A DNA stretch of 64,000 bases from Eledone cirrhosa (Eukaryota), in contig OZ024753.1 of NCBI GenBank assembly GCA_964016885.1, positions 41,726,001 through 41,790,000 on the forward strand. The letters are read 5' to 3'. Below the pieces are notes generated by a model that searched no databases, had not been told where the DNA came from, and worked only from the letters and a program-made list of their open reading frames with translations. Position 1 is the stretch's first letter. The number at the start of each line of letters is the position of its first letter. Positions 14,061 through 26,945 of this stretch are shown here, in pieces. Made by a program: the position numbers and the translations under genes.

Positions 14061-14504
14061 AAATAAAAACTTGACTAATTAGAAATTATATATCTTGTTT
14101 TTATTGTTATCGACGTTGTTGTTGTTGGCGGTGGTGGTGGTGGTGCTGGTTACTGTGGTGGAGGTTGTAGTAGTTGTTACTGTTGTTATTGTTGTTGTTG
14201 TTGTGAGGGGGGGGGGCTACTGTTGTTGTTGTAACTAGTCACACCGTTATTGTTGCTGTTTCGTTCTTAATGCGTTCCTCTCTAATTACATCTCTTATCG
14301 GACTCCACCCCCTCCTCTCCACCCCCACCCTCATCTCCACCCTCCCCACCCCTTCCTCCCCACCATCGCCAGTGTTATTGGCGTCAATATTTTAGTCATA
14401 TATAGTCGAGAAGCGAACTCTTAATGAGTCTCTACAGTTAGATGTTTGTCGCTTATGAAAAACACCAGCACAATATCTGATGCTTCAGAAAGATATGTAT
14501 ATGA

Positions 14505-15045
14505 AGGCGCCTGGTTTCGAGGTTTGGGTGTTCTTCCCGACAGAAGGCGCCTGGTTTCGAAGTTTGGGTGCTCTTCCCGACAGAAGGGTCCTGGTTTCGA
14601 AGTTTGGGTGCTCTTCCCGACAGAAGGGTCCTGGTTTCGAAGTTTGGGGTGCTCTTCCCGACAGAAGGCGCCTGGTTTCGAGGTTTGGGTGCTCTTCCCG
14701 ACAGAAGGGTCCTGGTTTCGAAGTTTGGGTGCTCTTCCCGACAGAAGGGCCCTGGTTTCGAAATTTGGGTGTTCTTCCCGACAGAAGGGTCCTGGTTTCG
14801 AAGTTTGGGTGTTCTTTCCGACAGAAGGGCCCTGGTTTCGAAGTTTGGGTGCTCTTCCCGACAGAAGGATCCTGGTTTCGAAGTTTGGGTGTTCTTTCCG
14901 ACAGAATGGTCCTGACTACGAGGTTTCGGTGTTCTTCCCGAGAGAAAGGCCCTGATTTCGAGGTTAGGGCCTTCTTCACAACAGAAATCCCTTGGTTTCG
15001 AGGTTAGTGTTTTCTTCCCGACAGAAGGCCTCACTCCTGGTTTCA
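14505..15045. repeat. 40-bp GC-rich minisatellite, about 13 copies
   Basis: Unit CCTGGTTTCGAAGTTTGGGTGCTCTTCCCGACAGAAGGGT, decaying at the right end. Confidence 0.95.
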
Positions 15046-15488
15046 TCTTTAGGGTGTTCGTCAGACCAATGTCAGTTCCATTCCCAGCAAAAGCATCATT
15101 TATTGCTGGTGATATATATTTTTTAAACGTAAAAACGGTCGTCGATTTGGCAGAGTTAGTAAAGTGTTGTGTATTTGGTCTGAGTCTCGGTGTTCTGGGT
15201 TCTAATCCTGCTAAGCTCCACTTTACCTTTCACCCTCTTGGCGTTTTTCTAAACGAGTGATGAGTGTCCAGGTTTCCGAGCCATATGGAATTGGTTCACT
15301 TGATGTCTGAACAGAGACAGATATATATATGTGTGTGTGTGTGTATTATATATATATATATATATATGTTTATCCCGGGTTCAATCGGGGGTAACCACAG
15401 TAAGTAAGGTACTCAATACATAGCAGTGTAGAAGACTTTCTTGATGATTTCTCCCGAATGGAAAAGTTCTAGTCCCCTGTAGAAGCCA

Positions 15489-15568
<80 letters not shown>

Positions 15569-16321
15569 TCTCTTTCTCCTTATATATATATATATATATA
15601 TATATGTCTCTCTTTCTCCTTATATATATATATATATAAGGAGAAAGAGAGACATATATATATATATATATGTGTGTCTCTCTTTCTCCTTATATATATA
15701 TATATATATATATAAGGAGAAAGAGAGACAGACAGAAAGGCAGACATACAGAACGGAGAGAGGGAACAGTATTCCCTATAATACTGCAATCCCCCAGCCA
15801 ACCTCACCCCACCCCCCACCCCGCCCTCACCCCATCTCCCCACCCTTACCCCACCATTAACCAGTTTAGACACCCACACAACCTCACATGAATTATAATA
15901 GTTGGGTATTGATAATGAAATAAAACCATTATTAGCTTAGAATGTTTTATGTAAAGTCAGAATCATGTGCCAAGGTCCTTGACTATATTGTAAATAATAG
16001 AATGGTAAGGGGAAGTTAACTTGGCATTAACCCCTTTCATACCAACTCACTTCATACAAGTCCTCATCCTAGTATACAAAATTACCTATTTATTTATTTT
16101 AAACTGTTCATATTTTCTGTATATACTTGATAATAGTCGACCCCTTTATATGTAAATATCTGAAAAATAAGTAAAAATAAAAACCTCGTGTATAATCGGA
16201 TGTAGATAATTAACACATTATGTTTAGATGCTTTTATGTTTTGAAATTCTCATTAGTGGAGGATATATTTATGAAGATTTTAGTATTTTGATATTTTAAA
16301 TATTTTAAGTGTCGTTTAGAG

Positions 16322-16477
16322 CCACGGTTGCCAACCGGTGGTCCGATAGAAAACTTTGGTGATCCGCAGAAAAATTTTTATGTATTTATCTTTTTTTTTT
16401 AATTCATATTAGTGGTCAGCGGGATTCAAAATTATGAATTTAGGGGTCTGTGAGGTCTGAAAGGTTGGCAACCGCTG
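16322..16477. mobile_element. hAT (Charlie/Buster-like) MITE nested in an older repeat
   Basis: TIRs CCACGGTTGCCAACC / GGTTGGCAACCGCTG; imperfect 8-bp TSD GTTTAGAG / ATTTAGAA. The host repeat (about 16118-16625) has an uninterrupted paralog at about 27152-27470. Confidence 0.75.
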
Positions 16478-16649
16478 ATTTAGAATAGAGGTTTTATTTC
16501 ACAGCTCCATTATGTAATGAGGTTTTTCCTCAAATTCCAACCGTTTTGAAGGCCGTATTCATTTAAAACATCAAAACAATACGAAATACAAATATCACCT
16601 CCAAAAGTGAAACCGGTGTAACATGAGTTTTAGTTCTAATCAGACATCG

Positions 16650-16815
16650 AATGGCTGTCAATATTTGTCAATAGTTGTCAATGGTTGTCAATATATATCA
16701 ATGGTTGTCAATGGTTGTCAATATATGTCAATATATGTCAATATATGTCAATGTATGTCAATATATGTCAATATGTGTCAATGTATGTCAATATGTGTCA
16801 ATGTGTTGTCAATGT
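16650..16815. repeat. 10-bp tandem repeat TGTCAATRKR
   Basis: Direct reading. Confidence 0.9.
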
Positions 16816-17599
16816 GTCTCCGTTGAAAGTATCGTTATAATGTCTAATGAAAGTTGAATTAAGAGAAGTAAATAAGATTTATGGAAGACAGTTGGTAAAA
16901 TACACAACATATGAGGAGAGGAGGAAAGGGTAAGGCTATACCCCCCCCCCCCCCCATCGTCGTCGTCATCGTCTCCATCACAACTAACACCACTTTCTCC
17001 CCATCCTCTACACCCGTCATCATCATCATCATCATCATCATCATCTACATCTCCATCACATCACAACTAACACCAACCACTTTCTCCCTATCCCCCCAAC
17101 CCCCCACCCCCCACACACACCTATCATCATCATCTCCATCATATCACAACTAACACCAATTTCTCCCATATCTACCACTACTCAACATCATCATCACTTT
17201 CTCTTCCATCGTCCATCGTTCGTCCTTCAACGTTTCTTCCCCCCCCCTCCTCATCCCCCACTCCCACCCATAACCCCTTACACTCCCCACCCCCTAATCC
17301 CAGTAACTCCAGACCCCACCCCCACCCCGTTCCTGTATCTGTTAATTGAATCAATGAGAAGGAAATGGAAGAGAGAAATAAGGCAATAAGGCAGTTAAGG
17401 AAATTTTATTTCTTCTCTAAATTAATGAAACTTTTTATTATCATTGTCGTTGATGGTGTCATGATGAATTCTAGTGACAAATGTTAGACGAAACTGGATG
17501 TCAAAGAGACTTTAAATTTATTCCCCTGTTTCTATGACTAGAACTATCTTCTATTCTAACTTCATTCTTATTATTTAAAATAAAATAAATACTATATGA

Positions 17600-17918
17600 T
17601 GCTTTAGTTATGACTTTCTACGTTCTGATATCAAATCCCGCCAAGGTTAACTTTGCCTTTCAGCCTTACGGGATCGATAAAATAAAGTACCAGTAATGTA
17701 CTGGAGTTGATTTAATCGACTTTCCCCTCCTCCTAAATTGTTGGCCTTGTACCTAAATCAGAAACCATTATTGTAAGCATAGTTACGTCCCTTTGCAGTC
17801 TGAGTTCAAATCCTGCAGAGGTTAACTTTGCCTTTCATCCTTACGGGGTCGATAAAATAAAGTACCAGTAATGTACTGGGTAATTGCTGGCCTTGTGCCT
17901 AAAGTAGAAACAATTGTT
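17600..17918 (+). mobile_element. tRNA-derived SINE family A (two tandem partial copies)
   Basis: B-box-like GAGTTCAAATCC followed by core GTTAACTTTGCCTTTCATCCTTACGGGGTCGATAAAATAAAGTACCAGT (resembles the MetaSINE core from memory). Other copies at about 3652-3840(-), 11372-11535, 13140-13220(-), 15145-15245, 24183-24380, 28045-28268(-), 47120-47220, 57085-57357. Confidence 0.8.
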
Positions 17919-17934
17919 GTATATAGAATGGGTA

Positions 17935-18440
17935 AGGATAGTGTACCTATTGTAAACTTGATACACACAGGGATACGATGTACCTACTATACCAGATATA
18001 CACAGGGATACAGTGTACCTGTTATATGCCAGATACAGACAGGGATACAGTGTGGTTATTGTAAACTAGATACACACAGGGATATGATGTACTTATTGTA
18101 AACCAGGTATACACAGGGATACAGTGTACCTATTATATATCAGATACACAGGGATAAAGTGTACCTATTATATATCAGATACACAGGGATAAAGTGTACC
18201 TATTGTAAACTAGATACACACAGGGATACAGTATACCTATTATATATCAGATACACAGGGATAAAGTGTACCTATTGTAAACTAGATACACACAGGGATA
18301 CAGTATACCTATTATATATCAGATGCACACTGGAATACAGTGTGCCTATTGTAAACTAGATACACACAGGGATACAGTATACCTATTATATATCAAATGC
18401 ACACTGGAATACAGTGTGCCTATTATAAACCAAATACACA
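17935..18440. repeat. About 35-bp minisatellite with alternating variants
   Basis: GATACACAGGGATACAGTGTACCTATT(GTAAACTA/ATATATCA). Confidence 0.9.
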
Positions 18441-18827
18441 CTACAAAATATTAATGAACTTTTATTCCCATTGTCATTTATGTTGTCGGGGTCTATTTTA
18501 GAAACAAATACTCGACAAAGTTGAAGGTCAACAGATGTTATCTAAAGCAAAACAACGAGCTAAATGTATTCCTTTATTTCTAAAAACAGAACAATTACGC
18601 AATTTTTGCATTTTACCTGAAACAAATGGCCAACATTGCCTAATTACTATCTCCTGCCGTTTTTATTGTTATATTACATGAATAGAATTAAGTTTCAAAC
18701 TATGACAAACCATTTTCATCACATGACATCATCAAATCCTTCCTTTCCACAACACTACTCATTCATAATGGATAATAAATTCAAAAACTAAATATTCATA
18801 ATTCTTTCTCTCTCTCACACTCTCTCT

Positions 18828-19535
<708 letters not shown>

Positions 19536-19696
19536 AAATGTGTGTAATCCTTGGTACAGTTAGATATATTAAGACAGGGGGGAAGAAAAAATGGCTTCAC
19601 TTGTGCTTTCAACAAATTTATTTTCTTCACAAAATCCAAAAAGGATTTTTCTTAAAAAAATTATTTTATAAATTAAGTTGTTGGTTGTTGGTTAGG

Positions 19697-19761
<65 letters not shown>

Positions 19762-19763
<2 letters not shown>

Positions 19764-19877
19764 TATGAAAGACGTAAAATAAGAAAATTTTAAAAATTAA
19801 AAATCAACTTACTTACTAAAATTTTAGTAAGTTGATTTTTAATTTTTAAAATTTTCTTATTTTACGTCTTTCATATA
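19762..19877. repeat. Near-perfect 116-bp palindrome
   Basis: Perfect arms apart from one extra TTAC; the right arm continues into a repeat also present at about 10738-10895. Confidence 0.92.
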
Positions 19878-19984
19878 ATTGTTCTGCATCCCCCTGCATA
19901 GAACCACAAAGGTACTAAAACATAACATATATATTTGCTAGCATGTGTACATCTGTACACATATGTTGGTAGATATACTAATTT

Positions 19985-20021
<37 letters not shown>

Positions 20022-20090
20022 CGACCTGTAGTGTGGGTCTCCAGCATTTTGTACTGTATTTTTTTCCTTTTTACTATTTGTTTATTTGTT

Positions 20091-20123
<33 letters not shown>

Positions 20124-20142
20124 CACACCACACCACACCACA

Positions 20143-20209
<67 letters not shown>

Positions 20210-20228
20210 CACACACGCACACACGCAC

Positions 20229-20260
<32 letters not shown>

Positions 20261-20274
20261 GCGCGCGCGCATGA

Positions 20275-20445
20275 CGGCGTGTGGCTGAGTGGTTGGAGAA
20301 CTTAATTCGTAATCGTGAGGTTGCCAGTTCAATTCCGGGACCAGGCGTTATGTCCTTTAGCAAGACACTTTATTTCACGTTGTGGTAGATAGTATTATCA
20401 TTTGGAAAGACCAACGGAAACATTGTTTCCTCGGTCCAATTTTTG
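20275..20445 (+). mobile_element. tRNA-derived SINE family B
   Basis: A box TGGCTGAGTGG, B box AGTTCAATTCC, then AGCAAGACACTTTATTTCAC. Other copies at about 26345-26472(-), 40305-40445, 53715-53878(-). Confidence 0.75.
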
Positions 20446-20507
20446 ACGAAAGTCGATCGACAATTCTTTTTTTTTTTAATATATTAACTCGTGTGTCACT
20501 TTTCGAC

Positions 20508-20557
<50 letters not shown>

Positions 20558-20612
20558 TATTTAAGGTATATTTAAGGTATATATATATACATATATATTT
20601 AAGGTATAGAAA

Positions 20613-20832
20613 TAGTGAAGCGGTTAATGGAGCTCGTTTTTGAACCAGGTCGTTCTGGGTTTAGTCTTGCTGTGTGTCTGTGATGTCACCTTGGGCAAGT
20701 TTCTTCTGCTATGGACTACACTTACCCTGGGGAGAGGAGTCTCGTAGATGGAAACTGCAGAAGCCAAGTGTGTGAATGTGCATAGGCATATATATATAGC
20801 CTGGGAAAATGGACGTTAAGCAATGATGATGT
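20613..20832 (+). mobile_element. Degenerate SINE family C
   Basis: CACCTTGGGCAAGT..TCTTCT.CTAT..GTAGATGGAAACTG motif; related copies at about 11040-11320(-) and 45000-45130. Confidence 0.55.
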
Positions 20833-20916
20833 GTATATATATATGTGTGTGTGTGTGTGTGTTCTACTATCGCAAGTATCGAGTACTCTGCCTTACTAGT
20901 TTAAAACAGGTAAAAT

Positions 20917-20975
<59 letters not shown>

Positions 20976-21599
20976 TACATTGGGGTGTTTGCGGACTCTG
21001 CCTTCGCGACCCTCTCAGGAATAAATGGGCGAAGATATTCTGAGGGAAAGCACTCAGATGTTTACTTTCTGAGGGAAGGTAACATGAGTTATCTCCCTTT
21101 AATTTTTCGAACCTGATGTAAATTTTGTAGTAGAATGGATAATAGATACGACTGTATTTAGTTTTCAAGTAGCAATATCAATGAGAGACACTATATGTGG
21201 TTACTTATCCCTGTAGTTAATGTAAGAATTCTAGTTCGGTTCCAATTTAAGTACCACTTTCCTTTCGAAGTTCCATTAAAACAAAGGAGTCAGATTATGG
21301 TTTGTTACTAATTATTGCTAGGAACCTTATAAATATAATACACAAAAAAAGCGACTCTCATTTTACCGCAGCATCCAGGATATGGGAAGGAACAACAGAG
21401 TCACTGACTGTGGAGTCCAAATATGTTAGAATATATACAGAATTTGTATATATTTGGACTGGGGAAAAGACGGAAGCTCGTATGGTACGGTCTCATATCC
21501 CACCGTGGTTCCCAGTCTAAAACCAGCCATTAGAGTCCAGTTGAAAGTGGCACACAAAGACATTCATGGTCCAACAAACTCAAAAACTCGGTAGATCAC

Positions 21600-21915
21600 A
21601 ATACTGCAACCTTCTTCTATGCCTGATGGAAAATAGATACCAGTCGCGACGGCTAACTATGAAAACATCTAGAGTTGCACTGTAACTTCTGCCCAATAAG
21701 CCGAAGAGGGCAATCTATCCAAGTATCAGCTGCTTTCGGATAGGTTTGCGGTAAAGCCTGTAGCAGTGGAGACTTCTGGAGTTCTTGGCCCCCGGACCAC
21801 ATCCCTACTCCGCGAGGTGGAGAGGCTGTTTCAGCACGTTTCCCTCGCCGTCCGCTGAGGTAACACATTCTCCATTCTGCCGATCCACTTCTCTGTCAAT
21901 AATAATAATAATAAT
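21600..21915 (+). mobile_element. Decayed 3' end of a CRE-like non-LTR retrotransposon (restriction-like endonuclease)
   Basis: 21700-21879 reads AEEGNLSKYQLLSDRFAVKPVAVETSGVLGPRTTSLLREVERLFQHVSLAVR*GNTFSIL, fitting the AE..K..KY / P.AVET.G / FQR.S.A..RGN pattern; followed by a (TAA)n tail. Confidence 0.7.
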
Positions 21916-22243
21916 TTTTAACTGTTCGACCTAGTTCGTTAGCAACATATCAATGTAATGTTATATTCTAGAAAACGATAGCAGAGGAGATGGGATTAGC
22001 CTGGTTTTAACGTGCCCTAAATATGCTGTATGACACAACGACACCCCTACGACCCAATCGGAAGTTACGGATCAATACTTACATACAATTAGAATATATG
22101 TTTAAAGGCTTGAACTCTATAGACTCGTACAGTCATATATAAATCATTCGTAATTACTACCCCAAATTAACAAACAAATAATACTTTCACGACCTCCAAA
22201 CAAACTAAGAGTATAAGTTTGAAATTGCAAGTGCCACATTATG

Positions 22244-22593
22244 GAACTTTTAATATTGAGGGAATGAGTTTTATTTGACACCGTTTCCTATTTAAAAGCT
22301 AGTTGTAAATATTACCAACATCGTGTAAAAAAAAATATTTGAAATTATTTAATAGTGGAATTATGAGCGATAGTTCAGTTTGACTGTTGTGATTAAAGTA
22401 TATATTTAAACTCTAGAACTTTAATAGTGAGGGGAGGATTTTTACTTGACACCGTTTCCTATTCAAAATCTAGTTGTAAATATTACCAACACCAACCATC
22501 ATCGTGTAAAAATCACTTTAAATTATTTAATAGTTTAATTATGAGCGATAGTTCGGTTTGATTGTTGTAATTAAAGTATATATTTAAACTCTA
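22244..22593. repeat. About 175-bp tandem duplication just upstream of MED28
   Basis: 22244-22415 and 22416-22593 share long blocks (TTGACACCGTTTCCTATT, AATTATGAGCGATAGTTC, ATTAAAGTATATATTTAAACTCTA). Confidence 0.9.
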
Positions 22594-22643
22594 TCAGTGT
22601 TTAGGTCTACTATAATCTAAGAAGATCGATATTTAATAAGACA

Positions 22644-25435
22644 ATGGCTATGCCACCAGCACCTGAGAGAAACAGTGAGACGAATCTTATTGATGAACTT
22701 GAGACGGCTTTTCAGGTAAATTTAAGTTTTCTTTCGTTAATATTTCTCATTTTATTTCTATTTATCAATTAATTAACGCAACTTTTTTATTTATTTTTTA
22801 TTTTATTTCTTAAAAACTATACTAATTAATACAGTACTGATATTATGATTTTATTTGTAAATTTCTATAACGTCTATTTGTTCGTCTTTTATATTCGATA
22901 TTAAATCAATCTATTTTTATTATTGTTTTTAGTTTTATATTTCATTTCCTTTGGTATTAATTAAATCACTCGATTTTAATCATTTTTTTTTATTCACCGA
23001 AATCAACGGAAGTGTATGTGTTCCTTAAACGAAGGATTACCGCAAATAATAATAAAATTACATATTAAGTTTTGGTAAATTTATAAAACTTCATTTAGTG
23101 GGAAATAATTATTTTTTCCTTTTTTTTTCCGTGTGCTATTATTAGTTTAATACTTTTTTTCCGGTAAACCGTGGGTGGGGGGGCCCTCGGATTTCCTAGG
23201 GAACTTTCTAAGTGCAAAATCTATCGTCATTTATGACTGGGGGGGGGGGGGGTACCTATCTGTCTATCTACCTAACTATTTTCTCAAAAACTACATTATC
23301 TGATGCGTCATTCATTCTTTAAGATGGTAAGGTGTCATTTGCAGGAGGTTTAGCTGCTATTTTTAACACTTTTGATAACATTTAACTGTCTTTTGTTCTA
23401 TCATACAAATCTGTTTATTTTGAAGTGTTTATATTAATCTAAAAATCTTTCTATTGTAAAACTAAATCTAGAATCCTTTCTAATGCTGCTTTCTCTTCAA
23501 CTTATTGAGCAACATTCCATAGATGTCAAATGAGTGCCTGACAGGACTCACTGGAAGGAGTGTTTGAGGACTTTGCTCCCACAACTTTCTCAGAAATCTA
23601 AAGGAGAAGAAGAAGAACTTTGATTAGAATTGGATCAGAAAAGATTTGTAACATTGTTGAAATGTTGAAGAAATATATTGATTTTGTAGTATAGTTAATA
23701 TGAAGTATTGTGAGATATGTAATAAAGGACTAAGTTTCAGAAAGCAGATACAATGTGGTAGAAATATATAAAGGGCTTGACGTGTGTGTAGACCCATTAG
23801 GGAAGAACACATCGATCATTTATTTTGTTTGGAACCGTTTTACTTTTACATTTGAAAAGAGGGTTATAGCCCTGAAATATACTGGGTAAAACATTGCTTT
23901 GTTTTTTTTTTTTGTCATCCTTCACCTTTTATATATTTCTACCACATTGTACCGGCTTTGTGTGTGTGTCTCTCTTTTTATACTTGTGTATGTGTGTGTC
24001 TCTCTCTCTCTCTTTATACTTGTCTGTGTGTGTGGCTTTCTGTAACTTATCACTCACTGATATTGTATTTCTATTTCAGAATTGTCTATCATTACTAACT
24101 TCTCAAGAACATTTCAATGTAACAGACTCTGAAGAAACTAAATCAGGTAAACCTTTCTTTATTACTCTGTTGAGAATGAGGGAGTAGAGCGTCGGACAAA
24201 ATGCTTTGCAGCATATAGTTACATCCCTTTACATTCTGAGTTCAGATCACATGAAGGTTAGCTTTGCCTGTTATCTTTACAGGGTCAATAAAATAAAGTT
24301 CCAGTAATACACTGGAGTTGATTTAATCGATTTTCCCCTCCCCAAAAATTGTTGGCCTTGTGTCTAAGTCAGAAGCCATTATTAGAATCATTTTAACCCA
24401 TTCAATGCCAAACTACCTGAAGATATTTTTAATAAGTCTGTTTTATTTTCCCAATATTTTCTAGGTATTGAACAGGCTCTTCAAAGATTCTTAGAAGTTG
24501 CACGTCAAATGGAAGCATTTTTTCTTCGGAAGAGAATGATTCTCTCTATACAGAAACCTGAACAAGTTATAAAAGAGGTAAAAGAATTTTTTATAAAAAA
24601 GAAAAATTGTAACAAAAAAGAATCCTTTTCATATCGTCATCATCATCATATGTTGTTCTATGCATGGGTTGGACAGGTCCTTCTCAGAACAGCACCTCTC
24701 CACTTGTCACATTCCTTTGTCAACTCCTCCATGAGACCAGCTCTCACCATTTCCATCTAGGTCTTCCTCTACTGCAGCTTCCTTCCACTGAGATTATTTG
24801 ACATCACAAATCTGCTTGATATAGGTCTTGGTTTGTCATCCTCTGCTAGTTCTTCCTTGTGTAGACTCCCACAAAAGAACTTCACTAACAATTTCATCTT
24901 TAGCTGTCCAGCAATGCCCTGTGAATCTGACACTATGCTCTTTGATGAAGTCTGATACTGGACAACAGTTCCCTTCCTATATGATGCAACTTGCATAAGT
25001 TTCTTTTTATTTCTAAAAAGCATTGATGGATTAATCTGAGTTTTTTTTTTTGTTTCAACTTTAACTGTTTTTTAGGAATTCACAGACTTGGAACAAGAAT
25101 TACTCCGCAAAGAATCATTGCTGCAGAAACACCAGCACCGTCTGCAGCAATGGCAGAGTCTGTTGTGTAATTTACAGTCAGCTCAACAACAAACAGGTAT
25201 ACCCCAGCCATCAGCTAAACTTTCTCAACAACCACAGGCAACAGGTAACTCAATGCAACTGCATTCCATGCAGTCAAATATGGCGAATTATTCCCAACAC
25301 CCAGCATCCTCAAACCCATCAGCAATACCTCCTGCTTCACAATCTCTTGTCATGCCCCCTCCTCAGCCACCAGTTTATCAACAAACTCCTCTCGCTTTTC
25401 TGGAGCAAACCATGTCCAACATTGGAATGCCTTAA
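22644..25435 (+). CDS. MED28: Mediator complex subunit 28 (4 coding exons, 203 aa)
   Basis: Exons 22644-22715, 24080-24146, 24465-24577, 25076-25435; all introns GT-AG, phases 0/1/0 consistent, 612 nt total. Protein [111 protein letters not shown]...[15 protein letters not shown] matches remembered MED28 motifs ([37 protein letters not shown]). AATAAA at 25478-25483. Confidence 0.95.
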
Positions 25436-25787
25436 GAAAAACATTCACTCCAGTTTTTATTTTTTTATTTTAAAATCAATAAATTTCTTCTAAATTTATT
25501 TTTTCAGTAGAATTTTTTTAAACTATTTTATCAATGTTCCTGTATGTTGTTGTTGTTGTGTAACACAATCAAGACATGGCATGCGATAAAGAATTCTTGG
25601 AGAACTGGATAGCAGAAGGTCTTCAGACAAGAAACCCCCCTCAAGTGAGTGTTTCGACCCTTAACTTCTAATAGCCAGGCTGCATCCAGGTCAAGACTCC
25701 TGGGTACCATTTGGAAATTGGAGATGTTGTTGACAGGATCTAGCTGGAATTCCTCTCTGTTGCCTCTGCTTTCAAACTTCTATTTAA

Positions 25788-25975
25788 CCCTTTAGCATTT
25801 ACATTACTCTATATTTACTATGCCATTTTCATGGTAAAGGCTTTACCTCACATAATTATCTTATATAATATTGAATCTTTGAGAACAATACTTTAACATC
25901 AGTATGAGTGGTCAGTTTGAACAGAAAGAGATGAGAGAATTCTTGCTGGATACAGCTGGTTTAAATGCTAAAGGG
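25788..25975. mobile_element. piggyBac-like MITE
   Basis: TTAA-CCCTTTAGCATTTA ... TAAATGCTAAAGGG-TTAA; perfect 14-bp TIR and TTAA target duplication. Confidence 0.8.
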
Positions 25976-26211
25976 TTAAACGTTTTCTTGAATTGGAAAA
26001 ATAACATTCCAATTTCACCAATGTTACTGTCATAAATTAATAACATACAAAAATGTTGTTTTCAATAATTTATCTTTATTTTAAACACGTTTCTTGTGAA
26101 ATGTACAATAAATGGTGGAATGAATTATCATAGAAAATACACAAAGATGATATACACCAAATGGTCATTGAATACCAACAACCAAGAAATAATATAATTT
26201 TTATTTTATTT

Positions 26212-26755
26212 TAACCCTTTTGATACCAAACTACCTTTGGTTCTGTGATACAAAACTGTTGATATTTATCTAAAAAAAAACAAAAAAACCTTCCATCATA
26301 ATTTTAAATAAGAACCTTTTGTTAAAGAACAAAAAGGATCAGACCAAGGAAGCAATGTTTCCAACGACACGAGCAATGTGAAATTAAGTATTTTGCTCAA
26401 TAACACAACATACTCCTTGGTCCAAGAATCGAGGTCACAACCTTATGATTGTGAATCCGACACCCAAACCTCTAACTAATCTTCATAATTTAACGTCCAT
26501 TTTTCATGCTTGCATGGTTTAGATGGGTTGTCATGTTATGAAACAAATCAGTCAGGAGACTACATTTTGCACATACAGAATATGTACCAAACACCAACAT
26601 AATAATGAGGAAGATAATTCTGTTATGAAACCCTTCCAAATTCTTGATAATTTTCAAAATCATAGGTAGTGTCTTTCATTAAAAATATGGTAATGAAAGG
26701 GTTAAGGACATAGGTAGTGTCTTTCAACAGAAATATGGTAATGAAAGGGTTAAAT
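26212..26755. mobile_element. Second piggyBac-like MITE family, with SINE insertion and duplicated right end
   Basis: TTAA-CCCTTTTGATACCA ... TGGTAATGAAAGGG-TTAA; the last 48 bp occur twice. Related left ends at about 16026, 24393, 39071. Confidence 0.6.
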
Positions 26756-26945
26756 TTTCAAAAGAAACAAAGCTATTCTAATAGTTTCTTGCATAAAATA
26801 TAGAAAAACAAAACAAAAAAAGAATTATGTACAGTAGATCAATGAACTATATTAGATATTCAATGAAATATATTTAATATATCATTTCTTCACTGTTTAC
26901 AATGTTTGGTAGAATATATTTCATTGAATTTTATAGATTCAATAA

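Noticed and set aside
14505-15045. 40-bp arrays (also 58259-59061, 43000-43198) as CRISPR
   Set aside because: Head-to-tail units with no unique spacers, no cas genes, eukaryotic context.
20275-20350. tRNA gene
   Set aside because: A/B boxes are present but there is no full cloverleaf, and it continues into a multi-copy SINE body.
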